From Gemmata obscuriglobus (GTDB lineage Bacteria; Planctomycetota; Planctomycetia; Gemmatales; Gemmataceae), in contig NZ_CP042911.1 of NCBI RefSeq assembly GCF_008065095.1, positions 1-32,000 on the forward strand: a stretch of 32,000 nucleotides of DNA. The letters are read 5' to 3'. The notes under the pieces were generated by a model. The model saw nothing but the letters and a program-made list of their open reading frames with translations, was not told the origin of the DNA and made no database searches. Of the stretch, positions 1-7,759 are shown piece after piece (within the stretch, counting starts at the first letter, position 1; every line of letters starts with the position of its first letter). The position numbers and the translations under genes were made by a program.

Positions 1-1044
1 ATGAACACTGTCCGGCGCGGGCCGGTTGACACGAATATCGAGGACCGTGTGGGGACGCCGACGGCCCGCTGGAACGGCTTCCTGGTGCTGCCGGAGAACC
101 GTGTCGCGGTTCGGGCACTGCGGTCGGTGTGCCGGTCGGTACTCACGAGGCGGCGGCCCGGTGCGAACCCGGTCGTCCTGCACGGGCCGCCTGGAACCGG
201 TAAGTCCCGCCTCAGCGCGTCGCTCGTGCAGCAGCTCGCGAACACATCCGACGGTGTTTCCGCGCAGGTGGTTTCTGCCGGCGACGTATCCCGCGCGCCG
301 GACGAGGGGCTCGACGACGACGTGTTCGTGAGTTGCGACCTGCTCGCGCTGGAAGACGTGCAGCACCTCAGCACGCGGGCCGCCGAAGACGCCACCGAGC
401 TACTCGACCGCCGAACCGCCCGCCGCCGGGCCACCGTCGTGACCGCCAGCGCCGGACCGGCCCAACTCGCCCATCTCCCGCAGCGGCTGACGTCGCGTCT
501 GAGTTCGGGTCTGGTTGTGCGGCTCGAACCACTGAGTGCCCCGAGCCGGTTGGCGATTCTGGCGGAAGCCGCGCGCCAGCGACAGGTGCGGCTCACTCCC
601 GACGCGCTCGAGTGGCTCGCGTCCCAAACAACCGGCGGCGGGGTGCGGACCACCCTCGGCTTGCTCCAGAACCTCGCACAAGTGGCCGCGGCGTTCCCGG
701 GAGCGTTGACGCGCGCCGACGTGCAACAGGCGCTAGCGGATTCGGGCCAACCGACATCCGCCGCGCCCGATATTTCGGGGATCGTAGAGCGGACGGCCGC
801 CGCCTTCGGAGTAACCGTCAAGGAGTTGCTAGGCGCCAGCCGGCTGCGCGGCGTGATGCGCCCCCGCCAGGTGGCGATGTACCTGGCACGTGAACTGACC
901 GGGCTGTCACTGCCGCGCCTCGGTGCCGCGTTCGGACGAGATCACACAACCGTTCTCCACGCCTGCCGCAAAGTGGAAGCAGAAGTGGCCGCCGATCTCT
1001 CCCTCGCGAAACAGGTGAACGACCTGCGAACGGCACTGGGTTAA
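1..1044 (+). CDS. dnaA: Chromosomal replication initiator DnaA (short form; only AAA+ domain III and DNA-binding domain IV recognisable)
   Basis: 347-aa ORF. Walker A GPPGTGKS at aa 62-69, Walker-B-like LLALEDVQHL, RLTSRLSSGLVVRL box. C-terminal DnaA domain IV signature RPRQVAMYLARELTGLSLPRLGAAFGRDHTTVLHACRKVE. Followed by dnaN. The ATG is window base 1, so an upstream extension cannot be excluded. Confidence 0.85.
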   Translation: MNTVRRGPVDTNIEDRVGTPTARWNGFLVLPENRVAVRALRSVCRSVLTRRRPGANPVVLHGPPGTGKSRLSASLVQQLANTSDGVSAQVVSAGDVSRAPDEGLDDDVFVSCDLLALEDVQHLSTRAAEDATELLDRRTARRRATVVTASAGPAQLAHLPQRLTSRLSSGLVVRLEPLSAPSRLAILAEAARQRQVRLTPDALEWLASQTTGGGVRTTLGLLQNLAQVAAAFPGALTRADVQQALADSGQPTSAAPDISGIVERTAAAFGVTVKELLGASRLRGVMRPRQVAMYLARELTGLSLPRLGAAFGRDHTTVLHACRKVEAEVAADLSLAKQVNDLRTALG

Positions 1045-1080
1045 CGGTCCGCTTTGGCAGCGGAAGCCGGCGCACAACCC

Positions 1081-1100
1081 TGTGGAAAACTTGGCGCGCG
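1081..1100 (-). promoter_or_regulatory. DnaA-box composite 20-mer, copy 1 (TGTGGAAAA followed by CTTGGCGCGCG)
   Basis: TGTGGAAAA at 1081-1089 is one mismatch from the TGTGGATAA consensus. The reverse complement of the 20-mer matches 1203-1222 at 19 of 20 positions. Confidence 0.55.
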
Positions 1101-1202
1101 ATTGGCGCGCACGTTTTCTCAACTGGCGCGCAACGGGCGGCGTTACAAGCGGGTAACGGGCGGGGCGATCGGCGCGGCACGGAATACCAGCGGCGCGTCA
1201 CT

Positions 1203-1222
1203 CGCGCGCCAGGTTTTCCACA
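1203..1222 (+). promoter_or_regulatory. DnaA-box composite 20-mer, copy 2 (CGCGCGCCAGG + TTTTCCACA), inverted relative to copy 1
   Basis: TTTTCCACA at 1214-1222 is one mismatch from the TTATCCACA consensus. It is preceded by GCGCGCCAG, mirroring copy 1. Confidence 0.55.
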
Positions 1223-1318
1223 GGCCGTTCAGGGGACGAAACACTTGAATTGCTAGTAGTTCATGGCGGTTGTGGGCGGTGCGCGCCAAAATAGCGGCCC
1301 GCCTTACTACTGCTACTG

Positions 1319-1349
1319 GATGTTTAAAATAAAGGATAACAAGTAAATG
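1319..1349. other. AT-rich tract, candidate DNA-unwinding element of an oriC between dnaA and dnaN
   Basis: GGATGTTTAAAATAAAGGATAACAAGTAAATGG is conspicuously AT-rich in an otherwise GC-rich spacer. It lies about 100 bp from the second DnaA box and about 55 bp upstream of dnaN. Confidence 0.4.
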
Positions 1350-1405
1350 GGTGGAGCAAGACGCGAAGCCCTCAACACACCCCACGGAAGGCGGAGGAGG
1401 GCACC

Positions 1406-2533
1406 ATGAAGGTGACGTGTCAGCGGGACAGTTTGCTCACGGCGTGTCAGCTCGTTCAGGCCGCCGTGGCCCAGCGCACCACGAAACCGGTGCTGAGCAA
1501 CATTAAGGCCGTCGCTCAGGACGACGCGATCACGCTGGTCGCTTACGACACAGAGGTGGGCATCCGCTACGAGCTGCGAGGCATTACCGTCGCCCGGGCG
1601 GGTTCGTGCATTCTGCCCATTACCGAGCTGGTGAAGATCCTTCGCGAGAGCAGCGACCCCGAAATCAGTTTGGACGCGGGCAAAGAAGCGGTCGTCGCGA
1701 AGACGAGCGGCGGGAAGTTCGAGATGCCCAGCCTGGACGTGAACGAGTTCCCGGACATTCCCGAGTTCGATGACGGCGGCCGGTACCACGAGATCACCGC
1801 CGGGGTGCTGCGGGCGATGCTCCGGCGGACCTCCTTCGCCGCGGACAAGAAAGACACCACCGCGCGGTTCTCGCTGACGGGCGTTCTGTGGGAGGCGGAC
1901 GGCAAAGAGGCGCGACTGGTGGCCACCGACACCAAGCGGCTCGCGGTGTGTAAAGGCGAGGCGGTCGTTTACGGCGTGGTCGACGACGTGAAGGCGATTC
2001 ACGTCGTGCCGCTGAAGGCCGTGACGCTGCTGGAAAAGAACCTGACGGACGACGGCGAAACGGTGCGCGTCGGGCTGCGGGCCAACGACGCCCTGTTCAA
2101 AACCGAGCGGGCGACGATCTACACCTCGCTGGTGCAGGGCAAGTTCCCGCCGTACCGCGACATCATCGGGAAAACGACCAAGGAGGCGACCCAGAAGGTG
2201 CCGCTGCCCGTTCAGGGGTTCCTGTCGCGGGTGCGGCAGGCCGCCATCATGACGGACGACGAGAGCATGCGGGTGGACATGACGTTCGACCCCGGCTCCG
2301 TGGTCATGAAGGCCCGCGGGGCGAAGACGGGCGCGTCGGAAGTGACCCTGGAGCTTCCGGATTACGACGGCCCGCACACCGAGATCGCGTTCGACCCGTC
2401 GTACCTGGTCGAGTTCCTGCGGGCGATCGAGAACGAGCCGACGGTGGTGCTGGAGATGTCCACCGGCACCCGGGCGGCGCTGTTCACCTGCGGCGACAAC
2501 TACTCGTACCTTGTGATGCCGCTGACCGGTTGA
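1406..2533 (+). CDS. dnaN: DNA polymerase III beta sliding clamp
   Basis: 375-aa ORF directly after dnaA with typical DnaN length and N-terminus (MKVTCQRDSLLTACQLVQAAVAQRTTKPVLSNIK). GGAGGAGG Shine-Dalgarno at 1393-1400. Confidence 0.95.
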   Translation: MKVTCQRDSLLTACQLVQAAVAQRTTKPVLSNIKAVAQDDAITLVAYDTEVGIRYELRGITVARAGSCILPITELVKILRESSDPEISLDAGKEAVVAKTSGGKFEMPSLDVNEFPDIPEFDDGGRYHEITAGVLRAMLRRTSFAADKKDTTARFSLTGVLWEADGKEARLVATDTKRLAVCKGEAVVYGVVDDVKAIHVVPLKAVTLLEKNLTDDGETVRVGLRANDALFKTERATIYTSLVQGKFPPYRDIIGKTTKEATQKVPLPVQGFLSRVRQAAIMTDDESMRVDMTFDPGSVVMKARGAKTGASEVTLELPDYDGPHTEIAFDPSYLVEFLRAIENEPTVVLEMSTGTRAALFTCGDNYSYLVMPLTG

Positions 2534-2534
2534 T

Positions 2535-2665
2535 TGTGTTCGGTGTTTTGTGTTCGGTGTGTCGCTGGTCAAGATTCTGTTGGGGTTGTTAATCCCGATG
2601 AGCTGCGGCGAATGATGGGGCGCCGACGCAAAATGTTCAACACGAAACACCCAACACGAAACACC
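2535..2665. repeat. Inverted pair of 14-bp tandem doublets flanking a 68-bp spacer
   Basis: TGTGTTCGGTGT occurs at 2535-2546 and 2549-2560 (period 14). CAACACGAAACACC is perfectly duplicated at 2638-2651 and 2652-2665. The reverse complement of the right unit (GGTGTTTCGTGTTG) matches left GGTGTTTTGTGTTC at 12 of 14 positions. Confidence 0.8.
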
Positions 2666-2666
2666 A

Positions 2667-2984
2667 ATGCATAAAGAGCAGCGCGACGGCAGGCAGGAAC
2701 AGCTCTCCGACATCCTCGGGAAGTTGTTCACGTCCCGCGGCTGGGGGCGCAAGAACGACCGGCTGCGGATCGAGTCGGCGTGGGCCGAGGCCGCCGGCCC
2801 GGAACTGCTGAAGGACACACAGGTGCTGGTGATCAAGCGCGGGGTGATGGAGGTCGCCGTGCGCAACGCGGTGCTGATGTCGGAACTGGCCCAGTTTCAC
2901 AAGCGCAAGTTGTTGACAAAGCTCCGCGCCGCGATGCCCGGGGTCACGCTCACCGACCTGAAGTTCCGCGCCGCGGCGTGGTGA
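2667..2984 (+). CDS. DUF721 / DciA-family protein
   Basis: 105-aa ORF in the conserved slot between dnaN and gyrB. Size and pattern (LGKLF...W..AAG..L...T....IKRGVMEVAV.N......L) are as in DUF721 proteins. Assignment is from memory of the family, not from a search. Confidence 0.75.
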   Translation: MHKEQRDGRQEQLSDILGKLFTSRGWGRKNDRLRIESAWAEAAGPELLKDTQVLVIKRGVMEVAVRNAVLMSELAQFHKRKLLTKLRAAMPGVTLTDLKFRAAAW

Positions 2985-3072
2985 GGTCTTCGTGGGGCGG
3001 CCGGGGCCGCGTGGCCCACCCGGTCTTGTTCGAACCGACAGAGCCAGGCTTACTGGAGAGGAACGCAGCACG

Positions 3073-5505
3073 ATGAGTACCGAAACGCTGGGCAACGTCG
3101 GGTACACCGAAGACAACCTGCAGACGCTCAAGGACGCCGCCCATATCCGGCACCGGCCCGGCATGTACATCGGTAACACCGACATCGAGGGCATGCACCA
3201 CCTCGTTTGGGAGGTCGTGTACAACTCCGTGGACGAGGCCCTCGCCGGGTTCTGCAAGAACATTTTCATCACGGTTCACAGCGACGAGTCCATTACCGTG
3301 TCCGACGACGGGCGCGGCATCCCGGTCGGGGTGAAGGCCGACACCGGCAAGTCCACCCTGGAAGAGGCGCTGACGATCGCGGGCTCGTCGGGGAAGTTCA
3401 ACAACGACGCGTACAAGACCTCGGCCGGGCTGCACGGGATGGGCGCGAAGGCCATGAACGCGCTGTCCGAGTGGTGCACGGCCGAGATCAAGCGCGACGG
3501 CCGCGTGTACAAGATGGAGTTCGAAAAGGGGTACGCGACCAGCAAGCTCGAGGACCTCGGGCCGGCCCCGAAGGGGCAGACGGGGACCACGATCACCTTC
3601 AAACCGGACCCGGAGAAGTTCGGCGACATCCTGTTCGACTACGACCGCCTCGGCACCCGGTTCCAGCAGATCAGCTTCCTCAACAAGGGGCTGAAGCTGG
3701 CCCTCGCCGACGAGCGCGTCGGTAAGAGCGACACGTTCCACTCCGAGCGGGGCATCGCCGAGTACGTCGAGGTGCTCAACCGGAGCGAGCAGACGAACTA
3801 CCCGCTCATCTACATCAACAAGCAGATCGATGGGGTGACGGTCGAGGTGTGCTTCCAGTACACCCAGGGCGAAACCAAGCTCGAGATGTGTTTCACGAAC
3901 AACGCTTACAACAAGGACGGCGGCACGCACCTGTCCGGGTTCCGCGGCGGGCTCACCCGGGCGATCGGGCACTACGGGAAGAAGGCGAACCTGTTCAAGG
4001 AGATCGAACTCCGCGGCGACGACTTCCGCGAGGGCCTCACCGCGGTTATTAACATCAGCCACCCGCAGCCGAAGTTCGAGTCGCAGACGAAGGTGAAGCT
4101 CACCAGCCCCGAGGTCGAAGGGCAGACGTCCAGCGTCGTGTACGAGGTGCTGTCCGACTACCTGGAGCGGAACCCCAAAGAGGCCGAGCGGATCTGCAAA
4201 AAGGTGCTACTGACAGCCGAAGCCCGGATCGCGGCGAAGAAGGCCCGCGACGCCGTGAAGGGCCGCAAGGACGCTCTCAACAGCGGCGGACTGCCCGGGA
4301 AGCTGTACGACTGCAGCTCGCGCGACCGCGAGAACACCGAACTGTTCTTGGTGGAAGGTGATTCCGCCGGCGGCAGCGCCGAGAGCGGCCGGGACCGCGA
4401 GTTCCAGGCCATCCTGCCGCTGCGGGGTAAGGTCCTCAACGTCGAGAAGGCCAAGTTCGAGAAGTTGCTGGAGAACAACGAAATCTCCGCCCTCATCTCG
4501 GCGGTCGGGGTGGATATTGACAACGTCGAGGACGTGAGCAAGGTCCGGTACGGCAAGATCATCATCATGACCGACGCCGACGTGGACGGTCAGCACATCC
4601 GCACCCTGCTGCTCACGTTCTTTTTCCGCCAGATGCGGAAGCTGATCGAGGCGGGGCACGTGTTCGTCGCCCGGCCGCCGCTGTACAAGGTCACGCAGAA
4701 GAAGGAAACGCGGTTCATCCAGTCGCGCGAAGAGATGGTGACCCAACTCACCACCCGCGGGCTGAAGAACACCACCCTGCGTGCCACCCAGGTGGACCGA
4801 CCGGCGCGCGACATCAGCGGCGACGAGCTGACGAAGTTGCTGCCGCTGCTCGACGAGGCCGAAAGCGCGGTTGTGGGGCTGGAGCGCCGCGGGCGCAACC
4901 TGGACGAACTGCTGACGCGGGCCGTAGACGGCCTGTTCCCGACCTACAACCTGTACGAGCGCGAGAAGAACAAGGAGCACTGGTTCCGCACCACGGACGA
5001 AGTGGCCGCGTTCAAGCAGGCGCTCGCGGACGAACTGAAGCGCGAGCCGGTGGTCGGCGAGGACTACACGCTCGACGAGTGGCACGACCTGAAGTCGCTC
5101 AACCGCGCCGTCACGAAGCTGAAGGCGTTCGGGTTCGACGCAGCCGACTTGGTGCCGCTCCAGCGGATCGCCGGGCGTGAGCCCCCGGTGCGCTACACCC
5201 TCGACCACGACGGCAGCAACAAGTCGCTGGTCAGCCTGCGCGAGCTGGTGATCGAGATCCGGCGTTTGGGCGAAAAGGGCATCGCCGTGACGCGATTCAA
5301 AGGGTTGGGCGAAATGGACCCCGAGGAGCTGTGGGCGACCACGCTCGACCCGCAGTACCGCACGCTGCTCAAGGTGACACTCAACGACGCGTTCAAAGCC
5401 GAGGAGATGTTCCGCACGCTGATGGGTAAAGAGGTTCAGGACCGCAAGGCGTTCATCTTCAGCAACTCGCTCAAGAGCGTCGAGGACATCGACTACGGCG
5501 CGTGA
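3073..5505 (+). CDS. gyrB: DNA gyrase subunit B
   Basis: Motifs LKDAAHIRHRPGMYIG, GLHGMGAKAMNALS, LFLVEGDSAGGSA, IMTDADVDGQHI, KGLGEM. I prefer the ATG at 3073 (MSTETLGN...) over the longer track start at 2992. GGAGAGG lies upstream. Confidence 0.95.
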   Translation: MSTETLGNVGYTEDNLQTLKDAAHIRHRPGMYIGNTDIEGMHHLVWEVVYNSVDEALAGFCKNIFITVHSDESITVSDDGRGIPVGVKADTGKSTLEEALTIAGSSGKFNNDAYKTSAGLHGMGAKAMNALSEWCTAEIKRDGRVYKMEFEKGYATSKLEDLGPAPKGQTGTTITFKPDPEKFGDILFDYDRLGTRFQQISFLNKGLKLALADERVGKSDTFHSERGIAEYVEVLNRSEQTNYPLIYINKQIDGVTVEVCFQYTQGETKLEMCFTNNAYNKDGGTHLSGFRGGLTRAIGHYGKKANLFKEIELRGDDFREGLTAVINISHPQPKFESQTKVKLTSPEVEGQTSSVVYEVLSDYLERNPKEAERICKKVLLTAEARIAAKKARDAVKGRKDALNSGGLPGKLYDCSSRDRENTELFLVEGDSAGGSAESGRDREFQAILPLRGKVLNVEKAKFEKLLENNEISALISAVGVDIDNVEDVSKVRYGKIIIMTDADVDGQHIRTLLLTFFFRQMRKLIEAGHVFVARPPLYKVTQKKETRFIQSREEMVTQLTTRGLKNTTLRATQVDRPARDISGDELTKLLPLLDEAESAVVGLERRGRNLDELLTRAVDGLFPTYNLYEREKNKEHWFRTTDEVAAFKQALADELKREPVVGEDYTLDEWHDLKSLNRAVTKLKAFGFDAADLVPLQRIAGREPPVRYTLDHDGSNKSLVSLRELVIEIRRLGEKGIAVTRFKGLGEMDPEELWATTLDPQYRTLLKVTLNDAFKAEEMFRTLMGKEVQDRKAFIFSNSLKSVEDIDYGA

Positions 5506-5522
5506 TCCCGGATTCGATTTGC

Positions 5523-5568
5523 GCCCCGTGCCCGCGCGAGCTGTTGTTCGCGCGGGCACGGGGCTTTT
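5523..5568. terminator. Rho-independent terminator between convergent gyrB and the minus-strand repeat-protein gene
   Basis: Perfect 17-bp stem: GCCCCGTGCCCGCGCGA (5523-5539) pairs with TCGCGCGGGCACGGGGC (5548-5564). 8-nt loop, then TTTT (5565-5568). Starts 18 nt after the gyrB stop. Confidence 0.8.
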
Positions 5569-5571
5569 CGT

Positions 5572-7336
5572 TCAGCGCCGGAGCAACACACGGTTCAGCA
5601 AGCCGCATCGTGCACGAACTCGTGGGCCGCATTGCGGCACGCAAATGCACGGAGGTGGACACAGTGCTGGCGCAGCGGTCGGCGTGGTTGCGGGTGCAGC
5701 CGGAGCCGGTCCTGCTTTAAGTAACAGCAGGTCAATTTCCGCTCCGAGGCGGTTGAAACGCGCCTGGTCGAGCATCTGAGGCTTGATCGCCATTGCCCGA
5801 ACACGCAATTCCGCGTAACGCTCCCCCTCCTTTAACGCGCGAATACGGGCCTCGTGCCATGCGATGCGGTTAGTAGCTTGTGGTTCCTGTTTTGCAGCGA
5901 CGCGGAGTATTTCGGCGGTCATCGCCTGCTCCGTCGAGAAGGTGCGCGGGTCTGGGCCGTAGAGTGCCATCTTGCCTTCAGCGTAGGCGATGTAAGCGAG
6001 TCCGCAGAGCGTCTGTTCACGTTGCAGTTGCCGGAGCGGTGTCTCGCCCGGTGTCGCGATGGGGGCTTTTGCTCCGGCGAGCAGCGCGGCGAGACGCTTT
6101 TCCCCGGACAGATCACCCGGAAATTGTGGAACGGGTTTGAACTCCGGGAACGCAGTGTAGGTGTCGGGTTCTGGAAGCGGCTTCAATTGATCAACTGCGA
6201 ACGGCTCGCGCTTGACCGACGGCGCTGGTGCGCTCGGCCGAAGAGTAGCGATTGAAGCCAACAGCGTGAGCAGGTCTGCTTCGGCGCTGAGCCGCTGGAA
6301 CTGGATGCTGTCGGCTCTTTGCGGCTGGAGCGCTCCGGCCGCGACACGTGACGTGGTGTAGTCTTCCAATTCCTTCATCGTGCGAACACACGCTTCGTAC
6401 CACGGCACACGGTCGAGGAGCTGCGGTTCCAACTGGGCCGCCGCGTGAAACACTTGGACCGCGAATGTGAGATTGCTGTTGAACTCGTTCGGATCGGGGC
6501 CACCAAATGCCAAACCTGCTTCGACGCGTTTGATGTGTGCTACGCCGGCATTAGCCCGCTCGTGTTGTGCGCGAAGCAACGGGGATGCGTCCGGGCCGAT
6601 CACAACGAGGTTCGGGTGCGGAACGCGTCCCTCGTCAATTGCTTTGGTGCCTTCAGGCGTTCGCTCGAGCCGCACCGTCGGCGCTTTCAGTTGCGGGAAC
6701 GCGGTAAACGTCGGCTCAGTTGGCTGTCCTGTGCTGTCAATCGGAATCGGTCCGAGTTCAGTTCTGGGTGCTGCCCCGCGCGGAGCGGGTCCGGCCGCAG
6801 CGATTTCTGCTTGAAGTGCCAGTAAATCGATTTCGGTTTGAAATCGTTCAAAGCACGCCAGGTGAAATTGTTCTGAATTCAGTGCTCCCGACTGAACGCG
6901 GAGTAGGGTGTACCGTTCGCACTCCTTGCACGCGCGCACGCACGCCTCGTACCACGGCATTCGGTGTGAGGGGTGCTCTTCGAGTTCTGCGGCGGTGCGG
7001 TACGCTTTGACCGCCATGCGCACGTTGTCGTGGTAGGTATCTGGGTCCGGGGGCGCGATCGCCTGAGCGCGATCCACTCGTGCGCAGTACATCAGTCCGG
7101 CCCGGGCTTGTGCCCTTCGTACTTTGCGAAGCAGTGGCTCGTCGGTACCCGGCGCCGGCAGCTTCGGAACGGTAATCGGGTCCCGTGGTGTGCGTTGGGC
7201 GAACTGGCTGCCGTCGGGCTGTGTGGTGACTTTGGTGTCGTAGGTTATTGCCTTCAGCTCAGGAAACGCGGTGTACGGCGACACCAACTTGGGCGGACTA
7301 AAACTGCTCGCCTTTGGAGCCGGAGGGGCATCGGGT
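5572..7336 (-). pseudogene. 3' portion (587 codons) of an IS-disrupted gene for a secreted protein built from three ~185-aa repeats
   Basis: The frame of the 571-aa track ORF stays open to 7335, at the IS left end. Three divergent modules each contain [YF]TAFP.[LF]K ... PDP ... PWYEACVR..KE.E.YT..RV..GAL ... DLL.L. Its own start and signal peptide lie on the far side of the IS (8575-8687). Confidence 0.7.
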
Positions 7337-7361
7337 TATAGTGGACCCCGAAAACTGGACC
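7337..7361 (+). repeat. IS left terminal inverted repeat
   Basis: TATAGTGGACCCCGAAAACTGGACC. 12 of 13 terminal positions and 18 of 25 overall match the reverse complement of 8550-8574. Confidence 0.7.
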
Positions 7362-7401
7362 GCCGGTTAAGCTATACCGGAGGCCCAGGAAAGGGGAACC
7401 C

Positions 7402-7689
7402 ATGGCGGGCAAGCGGAAGAGTCACTCGGCGGCGTTCAAGGCCCAGGTCGCGCTGGCGGCCCTCAAGGGCGACAAGACCATCAACGAACTGGCGAGTCAG
7501 CACGGCGTCCACCCGACCCTGATTCATGGGTGGAAGAAGCAGTTGCTCACCGGGGCCGAGGCCGTGTTCGCCTCGGGGGCGAAGGGCACCGGCCCCCCGG
7601 AAGACAAGACGACCGAGTTGTACGAGCAGATCGGCCGCCTCAAGGTGGAACTCGACTGGGTGAAAAAAAAATCGGCCGCCCTCGGCTGA
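7402..7689 (+). CDS. IS3-family transposase OrfA (helix-turn-helix)
   Basis: 95 aa: MAGKRKSHSAAFKAQVALAALKGDKTINELASQHGVHPTLIHGWKKQLL, then a coiled-coil tail. This is the typical IS3 OrfA pattern. Confidence 0.9.
   Translation: MAGKRKSHSAAFKAQVALAALKGDKTINELASQHGVHPTLIHGWKKQLLTGAEAVFASGAKGTGPPEDKTTELYEQIGRLKVELDWVKKKSAALG
7663..7671 (+). promoter_or_regulatory. A9 homopolymer recoding site joining orfA and orfB
   Basis: GTG AAA AAA AAA TCG in the orfA frame. The orfB frame is open from 7664, after the TGA at 7661-7663, and is +1 relative to orfA. Confidence 0.6.
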
Positions 7690-7759
7690 GGCCAAGCGTG
7701 CCCGGATCGAGGCCGAGCACCCGGAGCTGAGCGTCCGGCGCCAGTGCGAGCTGATCGGA

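Noticed and set aside
1313-5559. Long minus-strand ORFs antisense to dnaN and gyrB (1313-2866, 2950-4062, 4207-5559).
   Set aside because: They are opposite genes with unambiguous family signatures. Their translations are Arg/Pro/Gly/His-rich low-complexity sequence, as expected from stop-poor alternative frames in high-GC DNA.
5572-5680. The Cys/Arg-rich C-terminal tail of the repeat protein (LCPPPCICVPQCGPRVRARCGLLNRVLLRR), as a possible functional Cys motif.
   Set aside because: Third-position GC drops here and the tail runs up to the gyrB terminator. It may just be read-through to the first available stop, and there is no evidence for a metal-binding or sorting motif.
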